From Acaryochloris marina S15 (GTDB lineage: Bacteria > Cyanobacteriota > Cyanobacteriia > Thermosynechococcales > Thermosynechococcaceae): DNA of 32,000 nt. Numbering within the stretch: position 1 is the first letter of the stretch; each line of letters starts with the position of its first letter. The notes under the pieces are model-generated. The model did not search any database. It saw only the letters and a program-made list of their open reading frames with translations, and had not been told where the DNA came from. A program made the position numbers and the translations under genes. The stretch spans positions 2,730,001-2,762,000 of the forward strand of contig NZ_CP064923.1 in the NCBI RefSeq assembly GCF_018336915.1, given 5' to 3'. This document shows, in pieces, positions 7,896 through 17,729 of this stretch.

Positions 7896-10800
7896 ATGAT
7901 GAATCTAAATGGCCATCAACAACTCCTCAGCACTTTAACTCAGATTTTGGTTGAATCGGGCTCTTTACAGCAGGATCTAATCGAGTATTGTCATCAATTA
8001 GAACAACAAATTGCGCCCTCAGATACTGCTCATTCAGGCCTTGCCGGCAACCGCCTAGATCCTTATCAATATTCTATTTTTGATGCTGCACCGGATGCGA
8101 TCGCACTATGCGAATCCGGATGTATCACTTATGTTAATCCTCAGCATTTGCACCTGTTTGGCTATTCAGCACTCGAACAATTGCTTGGAAAACCTTGGCA
8201 AGTGCTCTATTCCCAAGAAGAAGCCCAACGAATAGAAACGGATGTCTTTTCAACATTATTTGAGGAACAGAGTTGGCAAGGTGAGGCCTACGCCCAACGC
8301 CAAGGAGGTGAAGCGTTTATTGCTGAAATATCTTTCTCCTTTGCCCAGCCAGATCAAATTCTGATGGTGAGTCGAGATGTGACGCATCAGGCCTATGCGG
8401 AGAGCTGGCAAGATGCTCAGACTACTATTCTCAAACAACTCGCCACTGGCACCTCTACCCTAGAAGTGCTAGAGACGATTATAGATAGTCTTGAATGCCA
8501 TTTGTTAGGAGGCAAGGGCACAATTCTTCGAGTAGATCCCTGGAACTATCTCCGTCTGGGGGTTGCCCCTCATTTACCACCAGAGATTATCAATACAGTC
8601 GATGGGATTGAAGTTTCAGACACAGGTGGAACCATTAGCCGAGCTGCCTTTTTGAAGGAACCTATTATCTCAGAGCTCACCGCCTATTCACCCCTAACAG
8701 CAGCAGAACAAATTGCTATTGAAAAAGGGTTTCAGTCCTGTTGGTCCTTTCCTATTTTAGATAGTCAAGTCCAGGTCGTCGGGGTAATGGCAGTTTATTT
8801 CAAAACATCCAGAGTCCCTACAGAACATGAGCAAAAATTTATTGATATTGCGATTGATCTCGCCGATCTTGCTTTAGAACAGCAGCAAAGTCGGTCACAA
8901 CAGCAGGAAATATCATCCGAGATTCTGCGCTCCAATGCTGAGTTACAGGCCATTTTTGATACGTTTCCCGATTTGCTTCTGCGTGTAAATAGCTATGGAA
9001 CACTATTGGGCTTCAAAGGAGGACATCATCAAGACAATCCATTTGATCAGCCTGAAGCCTTTTTGGGGAAGCAAATTCAGTCAATTTTGCCTGAAGAGGT
9101 CTCTAAGCAATTCCTAACGGCTTTGACGGCTGTCTTAGAGTCACAACAGATTCAACAGATTGAGTATTCTCTTTCCAGGAATGATGTAACTCAATATTAT
9201 GAGGCTCGATTACTCCCCTCTGAACAGCAGCAAGTTTTAGCTTTGATCAGAAATGTTAGTGATCGCAAACGAGCAGAGCTGGCTTTATCAGGTTTGTTTA
9301 AAGGGACCTCCAAGGTCACGGGGGATGATTTCTTCCAAGTCTTGGTCCAAGAAATTGCTGCCACTCTCAATATGTCCGAAGTGATGCTGTCTCAGGTAGT
9401 TGGAGAGGCCCTATCCACCCTGGCCTTCTTTGCCGATGGCAAAATGCAGCCAAATGTGATCTACCCCGTTTCACATACCCCTTGTGAAATTACCCTGCGG
9501 GATGGTGCCTATTGCTGTGAACAGGGGGTGCAGGCCACCTTTCCTGAAGATCCAGACTTGGTCCACCTGAAAGCCGAGAGTTACATTGGTTATATTCTGC
9601 AAGACTCTGAGGGGAAGCCCATCGGAGTCTTATGTTGCTTAAGTTCTTCTCCCATTCCAGACGGAGATTTTGCTTATTCCATTTTGCAAATCTTTGGTGC
9701 TAGGGCAGGCGCAGAATTAGAAAGACTGCAAGGAATTAAAGCGCTGGAGCAGCTTAATTCAGAACTAGAAGCACACGTTCGCAACCGCACCCTAGCTTTG
9801 AGACAGTCTCAACAAGATTTACGAACTATTCTCAATACCGCTTATGACGGTATTTATATTCATACTCTCCAGGGAGAGCTGCTTGATGTCAACCAGCGCA
9901 CCCTAGATATCCATGGCTTAACGAGAGAAAAGATCTTGCAGATGAATCTGGCTGATTTGGTCTCCGAAGGATCTCTTCAGCTATTTCAGCAGCATTTTCA
10001 ACAGGCGAGCCAGGGAATTAGCCTCCAGTTTGAAGACATGGCCAAAAATTTCCAGAATCCAACAGACCCTCTGCCCGTAGAGATCCGAATTAGAAAGGTT
10101 GCTCTCAAACGGAATCCAGTTTTGATTACAACTTTGAGTGATATCTCGCGTAGAAAGCAGCAGCAAAATGCGATTGAATCGATCGTTAAAGGAACAGCAG
10201 ATAAAACGGGTGCAGATTTTTATCAATCTTGTGTCCAGTATCTTGCAGATATCTTTCGGGTGAACTACGCATTTGTCGCCAAAATAAAGGATGATGCCTG
10301 GACTCAATCCCAAGTCTTGGCCATGTGGACCGGGGATAGTTTTGCCACCCCTTATGATTTAGATTTAGCCGACACTCCTTATTTGGAAACCTATCGACAT
10401 GAATGGTTTTGTGTCCCGAATTCTCTTGCGACTAAATTTCCTACTCTCTCAAAAAACTTATCTCCTCAGGGAGAAAGTTATATTAGCTGCCTGATTAAAA
10501 ACTCCCAGGGAGAAATCTTAGGCAATTTAGGGATTATCGACACAAAGCCCTTACCCATCGATACCAGTAATTTGGAGTTTGTACTCCAGTTGTTTGCAAC
10601 TCGGGTGGGGGCCGAAATGGAACGGCAAGTCTCAGAAGATGCTCTCCGGCGAAGTCAAAAGCAACTGCAAGCAGTGATTGACAACTCTTCTGCGGCAATT
10701 TACTTGAAGGATTTAGAGGGAAGATATCTGATCTTTAACCGGGTTATAGGAGATTTATTCGGTATTGATCCCCAAACGTCTTTAGGCAAGACTGACTTTG

Positions 10801-12881
10801 ACTTTTTTCCAAAAAAAATTGCAGAAAAATTGCGAGAAAATGACTGTAGTATCATAGCCGCAGGTCATCCTCAATCGATAGAAGAAGTAGTGACCCATGC
10901 GGATGGTAGCCGTCACACTTATATCGCTAATAAATTTCCGGTCTTAGATCCTCAGGGCCGAGTGTATGCCATAGGAGGGGTTTCTACTAATATTAGTGAT
11001 CGCAAACGGACTGAAAATCAATTGCGGGAATCTCAACAGCTGCTTCGCCTCGTGATTGACAACATTCCCCAGATCATCTACTGGAAAGACCATGATTCTA
11101 TTTATTTAGGGTGTAACCAAAATTTTGCTGCAGCTATGGGGTTGGAGGCTCCCAAGCAGGTCATTGGCAAAACGGATGATGCATTCGCACATCCCCATCA
11201 TCATCTTGCTGCCAGCCAACAAAATGATGAGCTGGTATTATCTACTGGTATTCCTGAACTACATGTACTGCAGGTTTTCAACCCAGAGCACAATGACACC
11301 ATTTGGGCTGACACCAACAAAATCCCCTTAAAGGATCCTTTTGATAACACGGTCGGTATTTTAGGGACTTACGAAGATATTAGCGATCGCAAACAAGCTG
11401 AACAGGCATTGAAGCAAGTCAACGAAGAGCTTGAACATCGGGTTGCGTGCAGAACGAAAGAACTCCAGGCTGCCAAAGAAACAGCAGACGCGGCCAATCG
11501 AGCTAAAAGTGACTTTCTTGCTAATATGAGTCACGAATTACGAACTCCCCTGAATGGCATTTTGGGGTACGCTCAGATTCTCAAGCGCGACCACCATATC
11601 TTGCCTCACCACCAACGAGCATTAAATATCATTCACCAAAGTGGTGAACATCTCTTGACTCTCATTGATGACATCCTCGATATTGCCAAAATCGAGGCCA
11701 GGAAACTAGAGCTAAATACCTCAGATATTCATTTGCCATCCCTATTAGAGAGTATTGTGAACCTCGCTCAAATGCGGGTGCAAGCAAAGAATATCAAGTT
11801 TGTCTATCAGCCGGCTGACGCTCTTCCTCAAGGAATTCAGGCTGATAAGAAGTGCCTACGTCAAATCCTACTTAATCTGTTGAGTAATGCCATTAAGTTT
11901 ACAGATCAAGGTCAAGTCACTTTATCTGTAGAGATTGAGCAACGAACGTCCCAGCAAGTCATACTTAAATTCGCCATAGCCGATACAGGAATTGGAATTT
12001 CTCCAGACCAAATTGAGCAGATTTTTCACCCCTTTGAGCAAGTTGGAGAACTTCATCGCCGAGCTGAGGGGACAGGGCTGGGACTATCCATATCTCGCCA
12101 ACTGGTTGAACTGATGGGAGGAACACTTCAAGCTGAAAGTTGCGTAGGGAAAGGCTCTATATTTTGGTTTTCCGTTCCATTTGGATCCTCGGAACAACTT
12201 GTCCCAGTGCAGACAGTCGGTGGCCCCATTGTTGGATATACTGGTCCCCCACGCCGACTACTAATTGTTGATGATAGCGCGGTCAATCGGTCTGTTTTGG
12301 TATCTATGCTAGAACCCCTTGGCTTTATCCTAGAGTTGGCAGAAGATGGGCAACAAGGCCTAGAAAAAGCGATTGAGTGTAAACCAGAGCTTATCCTTAG
12401 TGATTTAGTCATGCCTAACAAAGACGGATGGGCAATGATTAAGGAAATACGGCAAATTCCTGAATTTGAGAACATTCCTATTTTCGCGATTTCTGCTAGT
12501 GTGCAAGCAGTGGATCAACAAAATAGCCAAGATGCTGGATGTGATGCTTTTATCCCTAAACCTATAGAAGACATGACTTTGTATACTCTGCTGGCTGAGT
12601 ATTTACAGTTGGAATGGAATTTTGCTTTGAGTGCGACTGCTCAATCAACAACAAACAATAGTGATCTACCAGTGCTTGTTGTCCCTGATCAAAACTGTTT
12701 ACAGCAGCTGTATGAACTAGCCATGCTTGGAAACATGACCCAAATGCGTCGAGAGGCTTCTAGCCTGGTAATCTCAAAACAACAGTTAGCGCCCTTTGCT
12801 AATCAATTAATCTCTCTAGCTCAGGATTTTGAGGATGAAAAAATCATGACGTTTCTCCGACAATATTTACCCCAGGAGTAG
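7896..12881 (+). CDS. Multi-sensor hybrid histidine kinase (5 PAS-like + 3 GAF-like segments, HisKA, HATPase_c, REC, helical tail)
   Basis: 1661 aa uninterrupted ORF. PAS-like segments are each closed by the linker motif [DN][IV]S[DR]RK..E. GAF-like segments end in ...ARAGAELER and ...TRVGAEMER. H-box FLANMSHELRTPLN (about aa 1213). LLSNAIKFT, DTGIGI, GTGLGLSIS. Receiver LLIVDDSAVN...LILSDLVMPNKDG...KPI. No transmembrane segment seen. Confidence 0.9.
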   Translation: MMNLNGHQQLLSTLTQILVESGSLQQDLIEYCHQLEQQIAPSDTAHSGLAGNRLDPYQYSIFDAAPDAIALCESGCITYVNPQHLHLFGYSALEQLLGKPWQVLYSQEEAQRIETDVFSTLFEEQSWQGEAYAQRQGGEAFIAEISFSFAQPDQILMVSRDVTHQAYAESWQDAQTTILKQLATGTSTLEVLETIIDSLECHLLGGKGTILRVDPWNYLRLGVAPHLPPEIINTVDGIEVSDTGGTISRAAFLKEPIISELTAYSPLTAAEQIAIEKGFQSCWSFPILDSQVQVVGVMAVYFKTSRVPTEHEQKFIDIAIDLADLALEQQQSRSQQQEISSEILRSNAELQAIFDTFPDLLLRVNSYGTLLGFKGGHHQDNPFDQPEAFLGKQIQSILPEEVSKQFLTALTAVLESQQIQQIEYSLSRNDVTQYYEARLLPSEQQQVLALIRNVSDRKRAELALSGLFKGTSKVTGDDFFQVLVQEIAATLNMSEVMLSQVVGEALSTLAFFADGKMQPNVIYPVSHTPCEITLRDGAYCCEQGVQATFPEDPDLVHLKAESYIGYILQDSEGKPIGVLCCLSSSPIPDGDFAYSILQIFGARAGAELERLQGIKALEQLNSELEAHVRNRTLALRQSQQDLRTILNTAYDGIYIHTLQGELLDVNQRTLDIHGLTREKILQMNLADLVSEGSLQLFQQHFQQASQGISLQFEDMAKNFQNPTDPLPVEIRIRKVALKRNPVLITTLSDISRRKQQQNAIESIVKGTADKTGADFYQSCVQYLADIFRVNYAFVAKIKDDAWTQSQVLAMWTGDSFATPYDLDLADTPYLETYRHEWFCVPNSLATKFPTLSKNLSPQGESYISCLIKNSQGEILGNLGIIDTKPLPIDTSNLEFVLQLFATRVGAEMERQVSEDALRRSQKQLQAVIDNSSAAIYLKDLEGRYLIFNRVIGDLFGIDPQTSLGKTDFDFFPKKIAEKLRENDCSIIAAGHPQSIEEVVTHADGSRHTYIANKFPVLDPQGRVYAIGGVSTNISDRKRTENQLRESQQLLRLVIDNIPQIIYWKDHDSIYLGCNQNFAAAMGLEAPKQVIGKTDDAFAHPHHHLAASQQNDELVLSTGIPELHVLQVFNPEHNDTIWADTNKIPLKDPFDNTVGILGTYEDISDRKQAEQALKQVNEELEHRVACRTKELQAAKETADAANRAKSDFLANMSHELRTPLNGILGYAQILKRDHHILPHHQRALNIIHQSGEHLLTLIDDILDIAKIEARKLELNTSDIHLPSLLESIVNLAQMRVQAKNIKFVYQPADALPQGIQADKKCLRQILLNLLSNAIKFTDQGQVTLSVEIEQRTSQQVILKFAIADTGIGISPDQIEQIFHPFEQVGELHRRAEGTGLGLSISRQLVELMGGTLQAESCVGKGSIFWFSVPFGSSEQLVPVQTVGGPIVGYTGPPRRLLIVDDSAVNRSVLVSMLEPLGFILELAEDGQQGLEKAIECKPELILSDLVMPNKDGWAMIKEIRQIPEFENIPIFAISASVQAVDQQNSQDAGCDAFIPKPIEDMTLYTLLAEYLQLEWNFALSATAQSTTNNSDLPVLVVPDQNCLQQLYELAMLGNMTQMRREASSLVISKQQLAPFANQLISLAQDFEDEKIMTFLRQYLPQE

Positions 12882-13053
12882 CTCCACAAATGTTGTCTTA
12901 TCTGGGTTTATATTAGAGGATTAGTCTAGGTTTCTCCTGGTTAATGCCCAATATTAATGTGCTTAAGCCTAGTTGATGCTGAAGATTTTCTAACTAATGC
13001 ATTCCGACAGTGCAGATTTATTTGAATGATTTGTTTTATCTGGTGTGTCTCTG

Positions 13054-14319
13054 ATGTCTGGCGATATAGATTTTCGCAACTACACCTTATTAATCATTGA
13101 TGACAATCCTAATAATCTGGGGGTTGCAGTATCGGCCCTCGAAAGTTTTGGTGCCACTATTTTAGTGTCGCGTTCGGGGGAGAGTGGTTTACAACGGGCT
13201 GCCTATGCTCAGCCCAACATCATCCTCCTAGATGTGTTGATGCCAGATATTGATGGTTTTGAAACCTGCCGACGCTTGAAAGCTAATCCCAAAACAGAAC
13301 CAATTCCCGTTATCTTTATGACGGCCCTGACGTCTAACAATGACAAAGTTAAAGGCTTAGAAGTAGGAGCGGTTGACTATGTCACTAAACCTATTTACGT
13401 AGATGAGCTACTTGCAAGAGTTAAAGTTCACCTCCAGTTATATGCATTGAATCAAACATTGCAAACTCAAAATAATCAGCTGAAAGCTGAGATTGAACAG
13501 CGAATCACCACAGAAAAAACCCTGACTGAAACGATCGACCAATTGAAAAATACCCAGAGCCAACTGATAGAGTCCGAGAAAATGGCAGCTTTAGGGAATT
13601 TAGTAGCTGGCGTTGCCCATGAGATCAGCACGCCTATTGGCACAAGTATCACGGCTGCCTCAACCTTAGCCGATGAGACCCAAACTTTTCTGAAGGCAGT
13701 GGAACAAGGACAAGTTAAACGGTCTGTCTTTAGCCGTTATATCCACGTAGCAAAAAGTAGCTCCAAATTAGTCCTCAGCAATTTACATCGAGCTGGAGAT
13801 CTAGTGCGTAGTTTTAAGCTTGTTGCAGTTGACCAATCTCATCAGGAACAACGGGAATTTAATGTCAAATCTTATTTGCAAGAGGTGGTCAATAGCTTGA
13901 GACCTCAACTCAAAAATAGCAAGCATCAATTACTTTTAACCGGAGATGATTCCCTTGTAATTACTAGCTACCCTGGGCTCCTTGCCCAAATTGTTACCAA
14001 CTTGGTCACTAATTCCCTCACCCATGCCTATCAACCTTCTGAACCAGGGCTTATGCAGGTGGATATTCAGAAGGAATTTCAGGGTCTGCAACTCATCTAT
14101 AGTGATGATGGTTGTGGCATTCCGCCAGAGAAACAACGCAAGATTTTCGAGCCTTTTTATACGACTGCCCGTGATCGCGGTGGGACCGGGCTTGGATTAC
14201 ATATTGTCTATAATCTCGTTACTCAGTCCTTCTCGGGCAAGATTAAAGTGGATAGCCAGGCTGGCAAAGGAACTAAGTTCCTGATCTCTTTGCCTCAAGA
14301 GCTTTTGAAATCTGAATGA
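13054..14319 (+). CDS. Response-regulator receiver-modulated histidine kinase (REC - coiled coil - DHp - HATPase_c)
   Basis: N-terminal receiver LLIIDDNPNN...ILLDVLMPDIDG...TALTS...KPI. H-box LVAGVAHEISTPIG. N box LVTNSLTHAY, G boxes DDGCGIP and GGTGLGLHIV. The track start at 13045 is GTG. The ATG at 13054 is used here, and either is possible. Confidence 0.85.
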   Translation: MSGDIDFRNYTLLIIDDNPNNLGVAVSALESFGATILVSRSGESGLQRAAYAQPNIILLDVLMPDIDGFETCRRLKANPKTEPIPVIFMTALTSNNDKVKGLEVGAVDYVTKPIYVDELLARVKVHLQLYALNQTLQTQNNQLKAEIEQRITTEKTLTETIDQLKNTQSQLIESEKMAALGNLVAGVAHEISTPIGTSITAASTLADETQTFLKAVEQGQVKRSVFSRYIHVAKSSSKLVLSNLHRAGDLVRSFKLVAVDQSHQEQREFNVKSYLQEVVNSLRPQLKNSKHQLLLTGDDSLVITSYPGLLAQIVTNLVTNSLTHAYQPSEPGLMQVDIQKEFQGLQLIYSDDGCGIPPEKQRKIFEPFYTTARDRGGTGLGLHIVYNLVTQSFSGKIKVDSQAGKGTKFLISLPQELLKSE

Positions 14320-14797
14320 TTAGCTCTAATTTCCCTACGAAGTAACGTAAAACAACCCTGGCCAAGGATATGCGTGACCTACTTTTTGAGATTTTAGAAC
14401 TTTTTTCAAGGCAACCGGTAAGATATCGTGAATGATACTGTGTTTACCTGAAGGCTCATATGTCTGTGGCGTAAGTGCTTACAGGTTTACCAATAATTAT
14501 GCACCATCGACTTTTTGGGGTTGATAGTGCGGGGGTTGAATGGGTGGACTTCTTGAAATGCGATCGCTTTGTCGTTCCTATTTTCCTTCTATTAGGGGCG
14601 ATCAGGGAATAATTGTGATCTTATGTCTCGATCTAAATAATAGAGATTAAGTTATTGAATACAGCACATCCCCTTGACTTTATAGAGGTCTGGAGAAAAA
14701 AATAAGAATCTTGGCGTCCCGATTCGTTAGTGAAAGGGTGAAAGCTAAGATCTCGATGGCGCTTACTGGCTCAAGACTATTTACTTTAGACACGACT

Positions 14798-16282
14798 ATG
14801 GGTAAACCTACTGGTTTTATTGAATTCGTTCGCGAAATTCCAACGGATCGTCCCCCGCTGGAACGGATTAAAAATTGGGATGAATTCCATCAGCATTTAC
14901 CCGAAGATCGTCTCCGTGACCAAGGCGCAAGGTGTATGGATTGTGGTACACCGTTTTGCCATACCGGGACGATTATTAGCAATATGGCTAGTGGGTGCCC
15001 TATTAATAATCTGATCCCGGAATGGAATGATTTAGTGTATCGAGGACTGTGGCGAGAGGCTCTCGATCGACTCCATAAGACCAATAATTTTCCAGAATTT
15101 ACCGGTCGAGTCTGCCCAGCACCTTGTGAAGGCTCCTGTGTACTGGGGATAACAAATCCTCCCGTAACCATCAAAAATATTGAGCAGACCATTGTTGATA
15201 GAGGCTGGGAAGAGGGGTGGATTACTCCTCAACCTCCGGAAAAACGCACCGGCAAAAAGGTTGCTGTGGTGGGTTCAGGGCCTGCAGGATTATGTGCTGC
15301 CGCCCAGCTCAATAAGGCTGGTCATTGGGTGACGGTGCTGGAGCGGGCCGATCGACCTGGCGGTTTGTTGACCTATGGCATTCCCAACATGAAGTTGGAG
15401 AAAGAGCAGGTGGTCATGCGCCGTATCCAAATACTAGAAGAAGAAGGGGTGAAGTTTGTTTGTAATACCGAAGTTGGCAAAGATCTGACCGCTGACTCCT
15501 TGTTGAAGGATTTTGATGCTGTTGTTCTATGTACAGGTTCTACTCGTCCCCGTGATTTGCCTATTGAAGGTCGGGATTTGCAGGGCATTCACTTTGCAAT
15601 GGATTTTCTGACAGCCAATACTAAAGCAGTAATGGATTCAAGTTTGAATGACCAGGTGATTTCAGCCCAGGGCAAAGATGTGGTCGTCATTGGTGGTGGA
15701 GATACCGGTACAGACTGTGTGGGGACTTCCATTCGCCACAACTGCAAGAGTTTAGTGCAGCTAGAAATTATGCCCAAACCACCTCAGGAGCGGGCTGCTA
15801 ATAACCCTTGGCCTGAATGGCCAAAGGTTTATCGTCTTGATTATGGCCAGGAAGAGGCTGCTGCTATCTTTGGGGATGATCCAAGGGGCTATTTGACGAT
15901 GACGACCCGCTTTGAAGGGGATGAACAGGGGCATGTAAAAGCCCTCCACACCGTACAAGTGGCTTGGGAAAAGGATGAGCAAGGTCGGTTTACGCCTGTT
16001 CACGTGCCTGGGTCTGAAAAAGTAATTCCAGCTCAACTGGTGCTGCTGGCAATGGGCTTTTTAGGGCCAGAACAGCCACTGCTAGATTCTTTGGACTTAG
16101 ACCTCGATCCTCGGGGTAATGTCAAAGCTGAGTATGAGCAATATACGACTAGTCTCCCAGGGGTGTTTGCAGCAGGAGATTGCCGTCGGGGCCAAAGCCT
16201 TGTAGTGTGGGCGTTTAATGAAGGGCGAGGGGCGGCTCGGGAATGCGATCGCTACCTGATGGGGCAAACTGATTTGCCCTAG
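14798..16282 (+). CDS. gltD: Glutamate synthase small (beta) subunit, NAD(P)H-dependent
   Basis: N-terminus [10 protein letters not shown] is typical of GltD. Fe-S cysteine clusters CMDCGTPFC and CPAPCEGSC. Dinucleotide motifs [11 protein letters not shown] and [14 protein letters not shown]-terminal [15 protein letters not shown]. The TTG at 14711 in the track adds 29 non-homologous residues, so ATG 14798 is preferred. Confidence 0.9.
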   Translation: MGKPTGFIEFVREIPTDRPPLERIKNWDEFHQHLPEDRLRDQGARCMDCGTPFCHTGTIISNMASGCPINNLIPEWNDLVYRGLWREALDRLHKTNNFPEFTGRVCPAPCEGSCVLGITNPPVTIKNIEQTIVDRGWEEGWITPQPPEKRTGKKVAVVGSGPAGLCAAAQLNKAGHWVTVLERADRPGGLLTYGIPNMKLEKEQVVMRRIQILEEEGVKFVCNTEVGKDLTADSLLKDFDAVVLCTGSTRPRDLPIEGRDLQGIHFAMDFLTANTKAVMDSSLNDQVISAQGKDVVVIGGGDTGTDCVGTSIRHNCKSLVQLEIMPKPPQERAANNPWPEWPKVYRLDYGQEEAAAIFGDDPRGYLTMTTRFEGDEQGHVKALHTVQVAWEKDEQGRFTPVHVPGSEKVIPAQLVLLAMGFLGPEQPLLDSLDLDLDPRGNVKAEYEQYTTSLPGVFAAGDCRRGQSLVVWAFNEGRGAARECDRYLMGQTDLP

Positions 16283-16330
16283 TTATAGTGTTGGCTTTAG
16301 AGAATGACTGTCCTCAACTGTTAGTACGAC

Positions 16331-16540
16331 ATGAAACCTTCTCCACAAACCGTTTATGACAATCTCAATTTGCTTGAGCAAGTCGATAAAGTGAGTAGCG
16401 CACGATATCGTCAGATGGCTCAAGATATTTTGGCGGACCCCGAGGTAAGTTTGCAATGGCGAGAAGCCATTGCAGAGCGTCTCAACCAAGCCAATCGTCA
16501 GCTAGGGCTGCAAACTGCTAGCGATGGTGATAGTTACTAG
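16331..16540 (+). CDS. Small hypothetical protein (69 aa)
   Basis: ATG start and helical, charged composition. It competes with antisense ORF 16283..16489, whose translation is Cys/Trp/His-rich and less protein-like. No family recognised. Confidence 0.4.
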   Translation: MKPSPQTVYDNLNLLEQVDKVSSARYRQMAQDILADPEVSLQWREAIAERLNQANRQLGLQTASDGDSY

Positions 16541-16543
16541 TCC

Positions 16544-17029
16544 TTAGTCAGGATGAGCTTGGATCAGATCAAAAATGGTGTTGTCCAGCTCATAGCCAAA
16601 CATCTCCGCCATTTGTATGACTTTGGTATTACTATCATGCCCTAAGGATCGGAGCCAGCGGGTGATCACGAAGACCTTATGCATCATTAAAATATCCAAG
16701 GCTTGGGGATTGAAGAGAATGCCTTCTTTTTCGCTGAACTGGTGAGGAACGAGCATGGCAACATAGCGGACTAATTCACCAGAACGCCAGTCCAGCAGTA
16801 ACGGTAACCAAGGATAAAGACTGTCTAAGCGAATAAACCATAAGCGCACTTCTGGGATCTCGGACCATTCTTGCGGGGCATCAGCCGGTTGGGGATAGTC
16901 AATTTGAAATTTTACTTCTTGCTCATGGGCCAAAATGTCTTTGGTAAGCCAAGTTTCCAAAAGAGGACGGATGGGTGATAAGTCTAGGCTGTCAATATGA
17001 GTCGCGTTGATGGCAATCGTTTCGGTCAT
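16544..17029 (-). CDS. Conserved cyanobacterial/plastid-lineage protein, probably CRR6 (chlororespiratory reduction 6, DUF1817) family
   Basis: 161-aa ORF with an ATG start. Length and the segment EVRLWFIRLDSLYPWLPLLLDW...LVPHQF match my recollection of CRR6-family NDH-1 assembly factors. The family assignment is from memory only. Confidence 0.6.
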   Translation of the reverse strand: MTETIAINATHIDSLDLSPIRPLLETWLTKDILAHEQEVKFQIDYPQPADAPQEWSEIPEVRLWFIRLDSLYPWLPLLLDWRSGELVRYVAMLVPHQFSEKEGILFNPQALDILMMHKVFVITRWLRSLGHDSNTKVIQMAEMFGYELDNTIFDLIQAHPD

Positions 17030-17255
17030 AGTCTGGATCAGTTTGAAAGGGGTGTGAAAGGGCGATAAAACGGAATCGGTTCGGGTTTAGGTATGATAGA
17101 GAAGAATGGCAATGCGGCTCAGTTCCGTCTGTGCTATTGGGCTTGAGTTGAGTATGACTGGCTGTCAAACACAGATGATATCTAGCTTGACTGAATTTTG
17201 TTTGTTTAGGTTTACCTTGACCCATTAAAGCTCGAAATCGTTGTTTAGTGTTGGG

Positions 17256-17729
17256 ATGTACCGAGTGTTGGACGTTGAGCCTGAAACCCCCGCCAAACCA
17301 ATCACTTCCCTAGAAGAGGCGATTGACCAATGCCAAAGTTTGGGCATGCGGCTGAGTCGGCAACGGCGGTCTATTTTGGAGTTGCTTTGGCAAGGAGAAG
17401 AACATCTCTCTGCTCGACAAATCTATGATCGGCTGAATCAGGTGGGTAAAGAGATTGGCCATACATCGGTTTACCAGAATTTAGAGGCTTTGTCCCAGCA
17501 AGGAATTATTGAATGTGTGGAGCGATCAGATGGACGCTTATATGGCAACTTAAGTCATTCTCATAGCCATATTAATTGTCTAGATACCGATCAAATTATT
17601 GATATTCAAGTTGAATTACCCCCGGAATTGATTGCTCAAATCGAGGAGCGGGCAGGCGTAACGATTTCAGATTATCGGGTAGACTTCTTTGCTTACCGCC
17701 ACTCAAATCCAAAAAATGTAGCCAATTAA
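17256..17729 (+). CDS. Fur-family transcriptional regulator
   Basis: Winged-helix segment RQRRSILELL...HLSARQIYDRL......IGHTSVYQNLEAL...GII, followed by the His-rich metal site SHSHSHINC. Both CxxC pairs usual in Fur proteins are absent. The track start at 17241 is TTG. The ATG at 17256 is used. Confidence 0.85.
   Translation: MYRVLDVEPETPAKPITSLEEAIDQCQSLGMRLSRQRRSILELLWQGEEHLSARQIYDRLNQVGKEIGHTSVYQNLEALSQQGIIECVERSDGRLYGNLSHSHSHINCLDTDQIIDIQVELPPELIAQIEERAGVTISDYRVDFFAYRHSNPKNVAN

Noticed and set aside
8400-10611. Possibility that the GAF segments of the 1661-aa kinase are bilin-binding cyanobacteriochrome or phytochrome GAFs
   Set aside because: None shows the conserved Cys-His context or the Asp-x-Cys-Phe type motifs of bilin-binding GAFs. 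The CH in SLECHLLGG is at the very start of the first GAF segment, not in the chromophore pocket position.
14320-14797. Search for an NtcA site (GTA-N8-TAC) or a glutamine riboswitch in the 478-bp region upstream of gltD
   Set aside because: No exact GTA-N8-TAC was found. The nearest matches have wrong spacing or a wrong half-site. I could not recognise the glnA RNA motif by eye. A covariance-model scan would be needed.
5721-16036. Track ORFs inside the three kinase genes and gltD (5721..5903, 8256..8438, 9981..10313, 11125..11331, 12128..12475, 13936..14136, 13982..14284, 14820..15014, 14890..15192, 15032..15232, 15373..15588, 15589..15777, 15761..16036)
   Set aside because: These are shadow ORFs within genes whose reading frames are validated by conserved H/N/G boxes, REC motifs or GltD Fe-S/FAD motifs.
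16283-16489. 68-aa minus-strand ORF antisense to the 69-aa plus-strand ORF after gltD
   Set aside because: Only one of the two can plausibly be real. The minus-strand translation is less protein-like (scattered Cys, Trp, His). The plus-strand one is itself given only 0.4 confidence.
16992-17225. 77-aa minus-strand ORF overlapping the start of the CRR6-like gene and filling the divergent spacer
   Set aside because: It overlaps the better-supported gene start by 38 nt, has odd composition (His/Pro/Ser-rich), and sits in what is most likely the shared promoter region with the Fur-family gene.
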